A DNA stretch of 64,000 nt from an uncultured Pelagibacteraceae bacterium (GTDB lineage Bacteria > Pseudomonadota > Alphaproteobacteria > Pelagibacterales > Pelagibacteraceae): NCBI GenBank assembly GCA_902586495.1, contig CACIHQ010000005.1:4953-68952 (forward strand), given 5' to 3'. Below the pieces are notes generated by a model. It saw only the letters and a list, made by a program, of their open reading frames with translations, was not told where the DNA came from and searched no databases. Below, piece after piece: positions 37,690 through 47,854 of the stretch. The position numbers and the translations under genes are program-made. Position 1 is the first letter of the stretch. Every line of letters begins with the position of its first letter.

Positions 37690-38088
37690 TTAATCCTCTA
37701 ATTTTACTAAAACTTCGACAGATTTAATTTTTTTACCGTTAATCTTTTTTAAAATATTTATGGGTCCTACATCTGAATTCTTTAAATCAATCAATTTATC
37801 ATCTTTTAAGTCATAAAAATGATGATGGTCGGTAACATTTGTATCAAAATAGGTCTGACTTGAGTTTATTGGAATTTGTTTTAAATACCCTTTTTTTTCA
37901 AAAGCGCGAACAGTATTATATATTGTTGCTAATGAAATTTTGTTATTAATTTGTTTTTTAATTTTCCGATCTAGCTCATTAATAGTAAAATGAAATGTTT
38001 TTTCAGTATCAAACAAAACTTCACATATTTGAAGTCTTTGCTTGGTTGGACGTAATCCAGAATTTCTCAATTTATCAATATATTTCAC
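37690..38088 (-). CDS. irr: Iron response regulator Irr (Fur family)
   Basis: GLRPTKQR, ISLATIYNT and the Irr-type His triplet YFDTNVTDHHHFYD; divergent from fabA as in other alphaproteobacteria; GTG start. Confidence 0.88.
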   Translation of the reverse strand: MKYIDKLRNSGLRPTKQRLQICEVLFDTEKTFHFTINELDRKIKKQINNKISLATIYNTVRAFEKKGYLKQIPINSSQTYFDTNVTDHHHFYDLKDDKLIDLKNSDVGPINILKKINGKKIKSVEVLVKLED

Positions 38089-38106
38089 TAATTAACCATA
38101 TTGTTG

Positions 38107-38123
38107 TTTAAAATTGTTCTAAA
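38107..38123. promoter_or_regulatory. ICE-like Irr box between irr and fabA
   Basis: TTTAAAA-TTG-TTCTAAA, one mismatch from the ICE consensus, flanked by g and c, 18 nt upstream of the irr start. Confidence 0.6.
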
Positions 38124-38182
38124 CAAATATTAAATTTATATTATATAATGTTAAAATCAAGTAAATAAGGATACTCAATTTT

Positions 38183-38683
38183 ATGAAAAAAAACTCATAC
38201 TCATATGATGACCTTATAAATTGTGGAGAAGGAAAATTATTTGGTCCTGGTAATGCTAAATTACCACTTCCACCAATGCTGATGTTTGATAGAATTACAG
38301 AAATAAATGATAACAAAGGAGCATTTAAAAAAGGTTCTTTAAAAGCTGAATTAGATATTAAAAAAAATCTTTGGTTTTTTGATTGCCACTTTAAAGAAGA
38401 TCCTGTTATGCCTGGCTGTCTTGGTCTAGATGCTATGTGGCAGTTAGTAGGTTTTTTCTTGGGTTGGATTGGAAATCCAGGAAAAGGAAGAGCTTTAGGT
38501 GTGGGAACCGTTAAATTTACAGGTGAAGTTTTACAGAATATAAAATTAGTAAAATATGAAATTGATATGAAAAAAATCATGTCTCCTGGAGGCACTACTG
38601 TAGGTCTTGCTAACGGTATGGTTTTAGCTGATGATAAAAAAATTTATTCAGCAGACAATTTAAAAGTTGGATTATTTAATTAA
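38183..38683 (+). CDS. fabA: 3-hydroxydecanoyl-ACP dehydratase/isomerase
   Basis: [12 protein letters not shown] and [21 protein letters not shown]. Confidence 0.96.
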   Translation: MKKNSYSYDDLINCGEGKLFGPGNAKLPLPPMLMFDRITEINDNKGAFKKGSLKAELDIKKNLWFFDCHFKEDPVMPGCLGLDAMWQLVGFFLGWIGNPGKGRALGVGTVKFTGEVLQNIKLVKYEIDMKKIMSPGGTTVGLANGMVLADDKKIYSADNLKVGLFN

Positions 38684-39894
38684 TGAAAAGAGTTGTAATT
38701 ACTGGTTTAGGAGTGGTTTCATGCCTTGGAAATAATCAAGATGAGGTATACCATTCTCTTTTAAACTCAAAGTCTGGAATATCTTTTAGTCCAGAATATA
38801 AAGAGCACAATCTTAAAAGTCACATTCACGGCAAGCCGAATATAAAGCTTGAGGATTTTATTGATAGAAAAACAATAAGGTTTATGGGGTCAGGTTCAGC
38901 ATACAATTATATTGCGATGAAAGAAGCTATCGCAGACTCTGGTCTTGAAGAGAATGAGGTAAGTAATTTTAAAACTGGAATAGTTATGGGCTCAGGTGGC
39001 CCGTCAATTGAAAATGTAATTTTGGCCGCAGATAAAACTAGAGCTAAAACTCCAAAATTAATGGGACCATTTATTGTTCCAAGAACAATGGCAAGCACTG
39101 CTTCGGCTACTCTAGCTGTACCTTTTAAAATAAAAGGTACTAATTATACAATGAGCTCAGCTTGTGCAACTAGTGGACATTGTATAGGAAACTCTATGGA
39201 GCTTATTCAAATGGGAAAGCAAGATATTGTCTTCGCTGGTGGGAGTGAGGAAATTCACTGGGCCATGACTGCTATGTTTGATGCGATGACAGCCTTATCC
39301 TCAAAATATAATGATACACCTGAAACTGCCTCAAGAGCTTATGATAAAACAAGAGATGGTTTTGTTATTGCTGGTGGTGGTGGAGTATTAGTGCTTGAAG
39401 AATATGAACATGCTAAGGCTAGAGGTGCCAAAATATATGCTGAACTTACAGGATATGGAGCAACCTCTGATGGTTATGATATGGTAGCTCCATCTGGGGA
39501 GGGAGCCGTAAGATGTATGAAGATGGCAATGGCAACAGCAAAAAATAAAATTGATTATATTAATACTCACGGAACATCTACTCCAGTTGGAGACATAACA
39601 GAATTAAATGCTGTAAAAGAGACTTTTGGGGAAGAAATTCCAAAAATTAGTTCAACAAAATCTCTATCAGGTCATCCTTTGGGGGCGGCGTCAGTGCACG
39701 AGGCAATATATTGTTTAATTATGATGAAAAATAATTTTATTGCTGGTTCAGCTAATATAAAAGAAATGGATGAGGAGGCTAAAAAATTTCCAATTATTGC
39801 AAAATCAGAGAAAAATGTTTCTTTAAATGCAGTTATGTCAAACAGTTTTGGTTTTGGTGGAACCAATGCTGCACTTATTTTTGAAAAGGTTTAA
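38683..39894 (+). CDS. fabB: Beta-ketoacyl-ACP synthase I
   Basis: [15 protein letters not shown] and [10 protein letters not shown]; follows fabA. Confidence 0.95.
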   Translation: MKRVVITGLGVVSCLGNNQDEVYHSLLNSKSGISFSPEYKEHNLKSHIHGKPNIKLEDFIDRKTIRFMGSGSAYNYIAMKEAIADSGLEENEVSNFKTGIVMGSGGPSIENVILAADKTRAKTPKLMGPFIVPRTMASTASATLAVPFKIKGTNYTMSSACATSGHCIGNSMELIQMGKQDIVFAGGSEEIHWAMTAMFDAMTALSSKYNDTPETASRAYDKTRDGFVIAGGGGVLVLEEYEHAKARGAKIYAELTGYGATSDGYDMVAPSGEGAVRCMKMAMATAKNKIDYINTHGTSTPVGDITELNAVKETFGEEIPKISSTKSLSGHPLGAASVHEAIYCLIMMKNNFIAGSANIKEMDEEAKKFPIIAKSEKNVSLNAVMSNSFGFGGTNAALIFEKV

Positions 39895-39896
39895 TC

Positions 39897-40682
39897 ATGA
39901 GCTTGATGAAAAATAAAAAAGGATTAATCATGGGAGTTGCTAATGAAAGATCTATTGCTTGGGGTATCTCTCAAAAACTTTCAGAGGCTGGCGCTGAATT
40001 AGCATTTACGTATTTAGGTGATGCTCTTAAAAAAAGGGTAGTCCCTTTGGCAGAAAAATTAAATTCAAAAACAACTTTTAGCTGTGATGTTGAAAAAAAA
40101 GAAGAGATAGTAAAATTATTTGAGAATATTAAATCTCAATGGGGAGAAATTGATTTTGTAGTTCATGCAGTTGCATTTTCAGATAAATCAGAATTATCAG
40201 GTGAATATTTAAATACCACTAGAGAAAACTTTTTAAGAAGTATGTTAATTTCATGTTTTTCATTTACTGAAGTAGCAAAAGAAGCATCAAAAGTAATGAA
40301 ACAAGGTGGAAGTTTACTAACTTTAACTTACGAGTCTACTAAAGCTATTCCAAACTATAATGTAATGGGTGTTTGCAAATCAGCATTAGAAGCTAGTGTT
40401 AAATATTTAGCTAAAGATCTGGGTGCCAAAGGCATGAGAGTAAATGCAATAAGTGCAGGACCTATCAAAACATTAGCAGCTTCTGCCATAGGAGATGCGA
40501 AATTCTTATATAAATGGAATGAAGACCATTCGTTTCTAAAAAGAAATGTTGATATTCATGATGTTGGAAATTCGGCATTATATCTATTAAGCAATCTTGC
40601 AAATGGTGTTACTGGTGAAATTCACTATGTTGATGCCGGATACAATAAAGTTGGAATGCCAGATCCAAAAAATATTTCTTAA
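39897..40682 (+). CDS. fabI: Enoyl-ACP reductase
   Basis: GVANERSIAWGI, YNVMGVCKSALE and SAGPIKTLA. Confidence 0.95.
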   Translation: MSLMKNKKGLIMGVANERSIAWGISQKLSEAGAELAFTYLGDALKKRVVPLAEKLNSKTTFSCDVEKKEEIVKLFENIKSQWGEIDFVVHAVAFSDKSELSGEYLNTTRENFLRSMLISCFSFTEVAKEASKVMKQGGSLLTLTYESTKAIPNYNVMGVCKSALEASVKYLAKDLGAKGMRVNAISAGPIKTLAASAIGDAKFLYKWNEDHSFLKRNVDIHDVGNSALYLLSNLANGVTGEIHYVDAGYNKVGMPDPKNIS

Positions 40683-40683
40683 A

Positions 40684-41073
40684 ATGATAAGTCAAATAAG
40701 TACTTATATGGTGAGCATGGTTTTAGGTATTATGCTTTTTTTTTCTTTCGTCGTTGCACCAGTAACTTTTACAGTATTAGATGAAGAAAATTCTAGAAAA
40801 TTTATAAGAAAAATATTTCCTTATTATTATACTGCAAACTTACTTATTAGTTTTTTAGTTTTAATTTTTTTTGTAATTCAAAAAACTTTTTCTTTAAATT
40901 TCTATTTAATATTGACTGTTGCTATTCTGTTTGTTTTATCAAATTATATTTTGATGCCATTAATAAATAAGTACAAAGATGAAAACCAAGACAAGAAATT
41001 TAAATATTCACATTTTATTTCTGTTATAATTAACTTTATACAAATGATATTCCTAGTAATTATTTTAATCTAA
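40684..41073 (+). CDS. DUF4149-like membrane protein
   Basis: Pattern FFSFVVAPVTF...RKIFPYYY...ILMPLINK...FKYSH; four TM segments; start reassigned to ATG at 40684. Confidence 0.7.
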   Translation: MISQISTYMVSMVLGIMLFFSFVVAPVTFTVLDEENSRKFIRKIFPYYYTANLLISFLVLIFFVIQKTFSLNFYLILTVAILFVLSNYILMPLINKYKDENQDKKFKYSHFISVIINFIQMIFLVIILI

Positions 41074-41223
41074 CAAAGAATTAAAAAGTCCCGTACCTAC
41101 AACTATAAAAATACCCAACCAAATTAAACCTTTAACTAAAAAAAAAGTGAATCCACCAATCAAAATATATTTTCCATATTTATTTTTTATTAAACTTTCT
41201 TTAATCTTGGTCAGGTAAGACAT
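41065..41223 (-). CDS. 52-aa small membrane protein MSYLTKIKESLIKNKYGKYILIGGFTFFLVKGLIWLGIFIVVGTGLFNSLLD
   Basis: Starts 4 nt after the pnp stop; basic N-terminus followed by a hydrophobic segment with GFxFFLVKGLIWL; exactly fills the gap. Confidence 0.68.
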   Translation of the reverse strand: MSYLTKIKESLIKNKYGKYILIGGFTFFLVKGLIWLGIFIVVGTGLFNSLLD

Positions 41224-41227
41224 TGTT

Positions 41228-43300
41228 TTATTCAGAAGCTTGTTTCATAGAAAGTTTAACTTTACCTCTATCAAAACCAATCACTTTAACTTTTACTTCA
41301 TCACCTTCTTTAACAACGTCAGTTACTTTGGCTACTCTTTTGTCTGCTAGTTCAGAAATATGAACAAGTCCATCTTGTTTGCCTAAAAAATTAACAAATG
41401 CACCAAACTCCATAATCTTCATAACTTTTCCGAAATAAATTTTATTTAACTCAGCTTTTGCAGTGATATCTTTGATCATTTGCATAGCAATGTTTCTAGA
41501 CTCTTCATCTGGAGCAGCAACAGTTACTATACCCTCATCATTTACGTCAACTTTAGCACCTGATTTTTCAACTATCTCTCTTATGGTTGCTCCGCCTTTT
41601 CCAATCACAGCAGCAATGTCTTTTTTATCAACATTAATTTTTTCCATTTTTGGAGTGTGTTTTCCAACATCAGCTCTTGAGGCTGATAATGCTTTATTCA
41701 TCTCTCCTAAGATATGAACTCTTCCATCTTTAGCTTGACTTAATGCTTGCTCCATAATTTCAAATGTAATACCAGTTATTTTAATATCCATCTGAAGTGA
41801 GGTAATTCCATCTTTAGTTCCAGCGACTTTAAAGTCCATATCTCCTAAATGATCTTCATCACCTAAAATATCTGATAAGACACTAAAATCATCACCCTCT
41901 TTAATCAAACCCATTGCTATACCTGCGACCGGTTGTTTTATCGGCACACCTGCATCCATTAATGCTAATGATGTTCCACAAACAGTTGCCATTGAGGATG
42001 AACCATTAGACTCCGTGATCTCTGAAACTACTCTAAAAGTATATGGAAATGCTTCTTTTGATGGCAACGAAGAATGTATCGCTCTCCACGCTAATTTACC
42101 ATGTCCTATTTCTCTTCTTCCAGTTCCAATTCTTCCTGTTTCTCCAACTGAAAAAGGTGGAAAATTATAATGTAGCATGAATCTTTCTCTTTGTAATCCA
42201 TCTAAACTTTCAATTCTTTGCTCGTCATCTGATGTACCTAGAGTAGCTGTCACAATTGCCTGCGTTTCACCTCTGGTAAATAAAGCAGATCCATGAGTTC
42301 TTGGTAAAACACCAACTTCACAAGATATAGGTCTTACATCAGATAATCCTCTACCATCAATTCTGTTTTTATTTTTTAGGATATCTGTTCTAACTATAGA
42401 TTTTTCTATTTTTTTAAGTTCAGAATTAACATCAAGATCTGTGTAATTTTCATCTTCCTCATAAAGTTTTTTAGCTTTGTCAGTGATTTCCGAAATTTGA
42501 TTTGATCTATCTTGTTTATCTCTTGTTGCAAAAGCTTTTTTAAGATCTTCTGTAAAAGTCTCCTCAAGTTTTTTCTTAACTTCCAATAGGTCTTTCTTTT
42601 CAACGGCCCATTCGGGTTTTCTACATTCTTTTGCGAGTTCTTCAATCATCTCAATTACAGGAACAAAACCTTCATGACCAAATTTAACTGCATTTAACAT
42701 TTCTTCCTCTGTTAAACCACTAGCTTCAGACTCAACCATAAGCACTGCATCTTTTGTGCCTGCTACAACTAAGTCTAATTTTGATTTTTCAAGCTCAGAT
42801 TTTGATGGGTTCAAAACATATTTTCCATCAATAAAACCAACTCTAGAAGCTCCAACAGGGCCCATGAATGGCATTCCTGATATAGCTAAAGCAGCTGACG
42901 AAGCTGTGATTGACAAAATATCTGCCTCATTTTCCTTATCATAAGAAATTACTGTAGGTAACAGCTGAACTTCATTTTTAAATTCATCAGGAAATAAAGG
43001 CCTAATTGGTCTATCAATCAATCTAGAGATTAATGTTTCACTTTCAGTTGGTCTTGCTTCTCTTTTAAAATACCCACCTGGTATTTTTCCAGCAGCGTAG
43101 TATTTTTCCTGATAATTTACAGATAGTGGAAAATAATCAATATCAGGATTAACTTTTTTTGCTCCAACTACTGTTGCTAAAACTACTGTTTCTCCACATG
43201 TTGCGGTTATCGCACCGTCTGCTTGTCTTGCTACTTTTCCTGTTTCTAAACTTATCTTCTTTCCTGCTACTTCAATTTCCTTCTTATATACTTTAAACAT
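41228..43300 (-). CDS. pnp: Polyribonucleotide nucleotidyltransferase
   Basis: [20 protein letters not shown] and [10 protein letters not shown]; KH and S1 domains. Confidence 0.97.
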   Translation of the reverse strand: MFKVYKKEIEVAGKKISLETGKVARQADGAITATCGETVVLATVVGAKKVNPDIDYFPLSVNYQEKYYAAGKIPGGYFKREARPTESETLISRLIDRPIRPLFPDEFKNEVQLLPTVISYDKENEADILSITASSAALAISGMPFMGPVGASRVGFIDGKYVLNPSKSELEKSKLDLVVAGTKDAVLMVESEASGLTEEEMLNAVKFGHEGFVPVIEMIEELAKECRKPEWAVEKKDLLEVKKKLEETFTEDLKKAFATRDKQDRSNQISEITDKAKKLYEEDENYTDLDVNSELKKIEKSIVRTDILKNKNRIDGRGLSDVRPISCEVGVLPRTHGSALFTRGETQAIVTATLGTSDDEQRIESLDGLQRERFMLHYNFPPFSVGETGRIGTGRREIGHGKLAWRAIHSSLPSKEAFPYTFRVVSEITESNGSSSMATVCGTSLALMDAGVPIKQPVAGIAMGLIKEGDDFSVLSDILGDEDHLGDMDFKVAGTKDGITSLQMDIKITGITFEIMEQALSQAKDGRVHILGEMNKALSASRADVGKHTPKMEKINVDKKDIAAVIGKGGATIREIVEKSGAKVDVNDEGIVTVAAPDEESRNIAMQMIKDITAKAELNKIYFGKVMKIMEFGAFVNFLGKQDGLVHISELADKRVAKVTDVVKEGDEVKVKVIGFDRGKVKLSMKQASE

Positions 43301-43336
43301 TTCATTTCCATTTCGTTTCGTTTCGTTTCTTCGTTC
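43301..43336. repeat. Short pentamer tandem repeat in the rpsO-pnp spacer
   Basis: (TTTCG)3 at 43311-43325 plus degenerate copies TTCAT, TTCCA, TTTCT and TCGTTC. Confidence 0.6.
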
Positions 43337-43351
43337 TATCTATTTTGATTT

Positions 43352-43600
43352 TTACTTTCTCAATTTCAATTTCGACAGTACATTTTTGTAAGAGTTAACC
43401 TTATTCCTTTTAAGGTAATCTAACAATTTTTTTCTTCTATTTACTGCTTTTAGTAAGCCAACTGAGGAATGTTTATCTTTTTTAAACTGCTTAATATGTT
43501 TAGATAAGTTCTCAATTTTTTCTGTTAATAAAGCTATTTGAATCTCGGATGATCCTGTATCTTTGTCATGAATAGCTAATTCTGCTGTTTTTTTACTCAT
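43352..43600 (-). CDS. rpsO: 30S ribosomal protein S15
   Basis: DTGSSEIQIALLT, KDKHSSVGL and RRKKLLDYLK. Confidence 0.95.
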   Translation of the reverse strand: MSKKTAELAIHDKDTGSSEIQIALLTEKIENLSKHIKQFKKDKHSSVGLLKAVNRRKKLLDYLKRNKVNSYKNVLSKLKLRK

Positions 43601-43610
43601 ATTTATTTCC

Positions 43611-43979
43611 CTACTTATTTGATTGTTTAATTAAATTTTCAATTTTTTCTGCATAATCAAAAGACTCGTCTTTACGAAAAAGAATTTTCGGTAAAAACTT
43701 TGTAATAACTTTTTGAGACAAAATTTTTCTTATCAAAAAAGAATATTCTTTTAATTTTTGGATCGTTTTATCTGCATCTTTACCACCTAAAGGTAATACA
43801 TACGCTTTAGCAATTTTTAAATCTTGGCTCATTCTAACCTCTGTTACAGTTATATTGTTTGTTTCTAAATTTGGAATTTTTGCCTCATTTCTAATAAAAA
43901 TCATGCTTAAGGATTGTTTTATCATTTCACCAACCCTTAGTTGTCTTTGAGTAAATTGTCTTCCTATCCTGTCAGCCAT
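43611..43979 (-). CDS. rbfA: Ribosome-binding factor A
   Basis: RQLRVGEMI, ITVTEVRMSQDLKIAKAYV and PKILFRKDESF. Confidence 0.93.
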   Translation of the reverse strand: MADRIGRQFTQRQLRVGEMIKQSLSMIFIRNEAKIPNLETNNITVTEVRMSQDLKIAKAYVLPLGGKDADKTIQKLKEYSFLIRKILSQKVITKFLPKILFRKDESFDYAEKIENLIKQSNK

Positions 43980-46195
43980 TATATTGACCTTTCAGTAGAT
44001 GTAACATTAAAAGCTTCTATTGTATCATTCTTTTGAAAATCCATGTAATCTTTAAGAGCGATACCACACTCTTGACCAATATCTACCTGTTTTACTTGGT
44101 TTTTTTCTCTAAACAAAGTTGCTATTTTGCCTGTATATATAATTGCACCATCTCTAATAATTCTTACACTAGAATTTGCAAGAATTTCACCTTCAGTCAC
44201 CTTAGAACCTGCAACTTTACCCGCACCAGAAACTTTAAAAATTTCAAGAATTTGGGCTGTGCCAGTAATATTCTCTTGAAGATCCGGAGCTAGTAAACCT
44301 GACATACTTTTTTTAACGAAATCAAGAACTTCGTAAATTATATTATATGATGATATTTTGATATTTTCTTCTTCAGCTAGTTTTTTTGCTTCTTTGCTTG
44401 GTTTTACATTAAATGCTATTAAAACTGCTTTTGATGCTTTTGCAAGAGTTACGTCAGTTTCTGTTACCATACCTATATCTGCCAAAATGATTTTAGGTTT
44501 CACTTCATCATGTTTAATATGATTAATAGCATTTTTAATAGCCTCTGAAGATCCATGTACATCTGATTTAATGATTAAATTTAGGTCTTTAGATGAATTA
44601 TTTGAAAATGCAGACTCTTGGGTTGCAAATGATAATGGGTTCTTAAAATTCTTATTTTCCTCTGCTCTATTCTCACTAAGATTTTTTGCCTCTTTTTCAT
44701 TGTCCAAAACAATAAAATCATCTCCCGATTTGGCAGCACCATTGATCCCTAAAATTTCAACAGGTGTTGAGGGAGTAGCTTGATCAATATTAGCACCTTT
44801 ATCATTTATAATTGCTCTAATTTTCCCCCATTTAATTCCACTCACAAAAAAGTCGCCTTTTTTTAAAGTTCCACTTGTTACAATAATATTGGCCACTGGC
44901 CCTCTACCTATATCGATCTTTGATTCTAAAACTATACCAGTTGCTTTTGAATCAAAATCAGTTTTTAAATCTAAGATTTCTGCTTGTAAAGTTATTGCCT
45001 CAAGAAGTTTATTCAGATTTAATTTTGTTTTAGCTGATATCTCAACCATCAAAGTATCTCCTGATAAGTCCTCTGCGATCAATTCATGCTCCAACAATTG
45101 ATTTTTTATCTTTTTTGGATCAGCGTCAGGTAAGTCACATTTGTTTATTGCAACAACTATTGGAACTTTTGCAGCTTTAGCATGCTTTATTGACTCTATG
45201 GTCTGTGGTTTAACGCCATCATCTGCAGCAACTACTAAAACAACAATATCAGTCAATTTTGATCCTCTTGCTCGCATTTCTGTAAAAGCAGCGTGTCCTG
45301 GGGTATCAATAAAAGTTAAATCATTATTTCCGCTTTTAACTTGATAAGCTCCAATATGTTGTGTTATCCCACCAAATTCTCCTGATACAACATTTGTACT
45401 TCGCAAAACATCTAAGACAGATGTTTTTCCATGATCAACATGACCCATCACGGTTATTATTGGTGCTCTACTTTTCAGGTTTTCAGTTCTAGAATCTTTT
45501 ATTTTTTTAATAATCTCCTCTGCTTTTTCTTCACGGATTGGATTATGTCCAAATTCCTTTACAAGGTATTCCGCTGTGTCCGCAGCTAAAGTTTGATTAA
45601 TTGTTACAGTCACTCCCATACCAAACAAATGTTTAATCACATTACTAGATTGTTCTGCCATTTTATTTGCTAATTCTCTAACCGTTATAGCTTCAGGTAT
45701 ATTTATATTTCTTTTAATTTGTTTTTGTTCCTCACTATTGTCCATTTTTTTAATGTTTTTTAACTCTTTTTGTCTTGCTCTTTTTACAGAGGCCAGACTT
45801 CTTTCCCTTGTTTCTATTTCGTCACTTAAGGCTCTTGAGACTGTCAATTTTACATCTCTTTTTTTTGAGCTTAATTTAGATTTTTTATCTTTATCATCAT
45901 CGCTTTTAAATTTTTTAGTAGCCCTTTGCTCTGCTAACTTACGTTTTTCAAAATCACTTATGCCTAAATTAGAATTACTTATTTTAAGGTTTGATTTATA
46001 ATTAGCCCCCTTTTTAAAAGAGGTTGAGGGGGATTTATAACCACTGCCCTTAAAAGTTTTACTCTTACCTAATACTTTAGATGGCTGCTTTTTAATTATA
46101 ACTGTTTTTTTTCCTTGATTATTAAGACTATCAATGTCTTTAAAAGACTTTTTAGGACCACCTGAAATTGTTAATTTTGTTTTTTTGCTTTCCAT
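43979..46195 (-). CDS. infB: Translation initiation factor IF-2
   Basis: GTPase motifs MGHVDHGKT, DTPGHAAF and NKCD. Confidence 0.97.
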   Translation of the reverse strand: MESKKTKLTISGGPKKSFKDIDSLNNQGKKTVIIKKQPSKVLGKSKTFKGSGYKSPSTSFKKGANYKSNLKISNSNLGISDFEKRKLAEQRATKKFKSDDDKDKKSKLSSKKRDVKLTVSRALSDEIETRERSLASVKRARQKELKNIKKMDNSEEQKQIKRNINIPEAITVRELANKMAEQSSNVIKHLFGMGVTVTINQTLAADTAEYLVKEFGHNPIREEKAEEIIKKIKDSRTENLKSRAPIITVMGHVDHGKTSVLDVLRSTNVVSGEFGGITQHIGAYQVKSGNNDLTFIDTPGHAAFTEMRARGSKLTDIVVLVVAADDGVKPQTIESIKHAKAAKVPIVVAINKCDLPDADPKKIKNQLLEHELIAEDLSGDTLMVEISAKTKLNLNKLLEAITLQAEILDLKTDFDSKATGIVLESKIDIGRGPVANIIVTSGTLKKGDFFVSGIKWGKIRAIINDKGANIDQATPSTPVEILGINGAAKSGDDFIVLDNEKEAKNLSENRAEENKNFKNPLSFATQESAFSNNSSKDLNLIIKSDVHGSSEAIKNAINHIKHDEVKPKIILADIGMVTETDVTLAKASKAVLIAFNVKPSKEAKKLAEEENIKISSYNIIYEVLDFVKKSMSGLLAPDLQENITGTAQILEIFKVSGAGKVAGSKVTEGEILANSSVRIIRDGAIIYTGKIATLFREKNQVKQVDIGQECGIALKDYMDFQKNDTIEAFNVTSTERSI

Positions 46196-46205
46196 TGCTC
46201 ATCTC

Positions 46206-47759
46206 TCAATCTTTGTAAATAATTTCTCTAGCTGACATTATTAGATCATCCGCTTCTGATTTCGATAATGCAAAATCCTCCAAATATCCCTGGATCCTTA
46301 TTTTTTCACCTTTTATTACGTCGAAACCCCCTGTCAATTCATCGGATGCTAAGTCAGCAAAGTCTTCGAGTTTTAGAATCTTTTGCTCACCTAAAGTTAA
46401 CAACATTCCTGGTGTTAAACCTTTTAGGTTAACTAAATCATCAGAAATTCCCAAATCTTTTATTCTTTGTGAAATATCTTCTTGATCTTTTTTATGAAAT
46501 TCTTTTGCTCTTTCAATCAAAGCTTTAGCTGTATCTTCCTCAATACCTTCAATTTTTTTGAAGTTTTCTAAAGAGCTATCTTTAATATCATCAATAGTTG
46601 AAAAACCTTCCGCGACAAGTAATTGTCCTAATGTTTCATCTAACTCCAAATTCTTAACAAAATTTTCTGTTTTCTCTTTAAACTCTTGTTGTCTTCTCTC
46701 AGAATCTTCTTGATCTGTCATTATATTGATCTCGAAATTTAACAATTTTGTTGCAAGTCTAACATTTTGACCTCTACGTCCTATGGCTTTACTTAGATTT
46801 TCCTCAGTTAAAATCACATCCAATTTTTTTCTTTCAATATCCACGTTTACTCTCTGGACCTCAGCAGGAGATAATGCATTTGAAACTAAAATTGCAGGAT
46901 CCTCTGACCAATTTACTATATCAATTTTTTCTCCTTGTAATTCATTAACCACCGCTTGCACTCTTGATCCTCTCATTCCAACACACGCACCGACTGGATC
47001 TAATGAGGTATCAATAGCTTTTACACAAATTTTTGCCCTACTTCCAGGATCTCGAGAAGATGATTTAATCTCAATTAATCCATCATAAATTTCCGGTACT
47101 TCTTGAACAAAAAGTCTTTCCATAAATTTCGGATGAGCTCTTGATAAAAATATTTGCTGACCTTTGTTTTCTCTTCTCACATCGTAACAATAAGCTTTGA
47201 TCCTATCTCCAGCTTTTATATTTTCTCGGGGAATAAGCTCATTTTTTTGAATTATTGCCTCTGTTCTGCCTAGGTCTACAATAACATTTCCAAATTCAAG
47301 TCTTTTCACTATTCCGCTTAAAATAGTGTCTTTTTTATCCTTGAAATCATTAAACTGTCTTTCTCTTTCCGCCTCGCGAACATTAAAGCTGATTACTTGC
47401 TTAGCAGTTTGAGCAGCTATTCTTCCAAAATCAAATGCTGGGAGTGGTTGTAGAACTTCGTCACCAATTTTTTTATCTTTATTTTGCTCATTTAAAATTA
47501 TTGCATCTTTCAGTTTAATTTCCGTATTAGAATTTTCAGGATTATCTGAGATTATTAACTTTCTAAAAATTTCAATATCTCCATTCTCTCTATTTATGGC
47601 AACTTTTATTTCATTATCTTGGCCGAACTTTGACTTAGCAGCTTTAGCAATACCAGTTTCCATAGAATTGATAATGAGTTCTTTATCTATAGCTTTCTCT
47701 AAAGCAACTGCTTCAGCAATTCTTAATAATTCTAGTTTATCAGCTCTTTTATTTAACAT
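46206..47759 (-). CDS. nusA: Transcription termination/antitermination factor NusA
   Basis: FGRIAAQTAKQVI, EVPEIYDG and AIGRRGQNVRLA; start reassigned to ATG at 47759 with SD GGAGGT 7 nt upstream. Confidence 0.96.
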   Translation of the reverse strand: MLNKRADKLELLRIAEAVALEKAIDKELIINSMETGIAKAAKSKFGQDNEIKVAINRENGDIEIFRKLIISDNPENSNTEIKLKDAIILNEQNKDKKIGDEVLQPLPAFDFGRIAAQTAKQVISFNVREAERERQFNDFKDKKDTILSGIVKRLEFGNVIVDLGRTEAIIQKNELIPRENIKAGDRIKAYCYDVRRENKGQQIFLSRAHPKFMERLFVQEVPEIYDGLIEIKSSSRDPGSRAKICVKAIDTSLDPVGACVGMRGSRVQAVVNELQGEKIDIVNWSEDPAILVSNALSPAEVQRVNVDIERKKLDVILTEENLSKAIGRRGQNVRLATKLLNFEINIMTDQEDSERRQQEFKEKTENFVKNLELDETLGQLLVAEGFSTIDDIKDSSLENFKKIEGIEEDTAKALIERAKEFHKKDQEDISQRIKDLGISDDLVNLKGLTPGMLLTLGEQKILKLEDFADLASDELTGGFDVIKGEKIRIQGYLEDFALSKSEADDLIMSAREIIYKD

Positions 47760-47772
47760 TTTAGTAACCTCC

Positions 47773-47799
47773 AAAAAAAAATGGGCCAAAGCCCATTTT
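47773..47799 (-). terminator. Intrinsic terminator/attenuator immediately 5' of the nusA SD
   Basis: Minus-strand AAAAUGGGC-UUUG-GCCCA followed by nine U and then directly GGAGGU. Confidence 0.75.
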
Positions 47800-47854
47800 A
47801 GAAATCGAGAGTGTAATCGAAATATAGTAAAGTTTTTTAATTATTCAATAAAAA

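Noticed and set aside
38119-38595. 158-aa minus-strand ORF
   Set aside because: Antisense shadow of fabA with no motifs.
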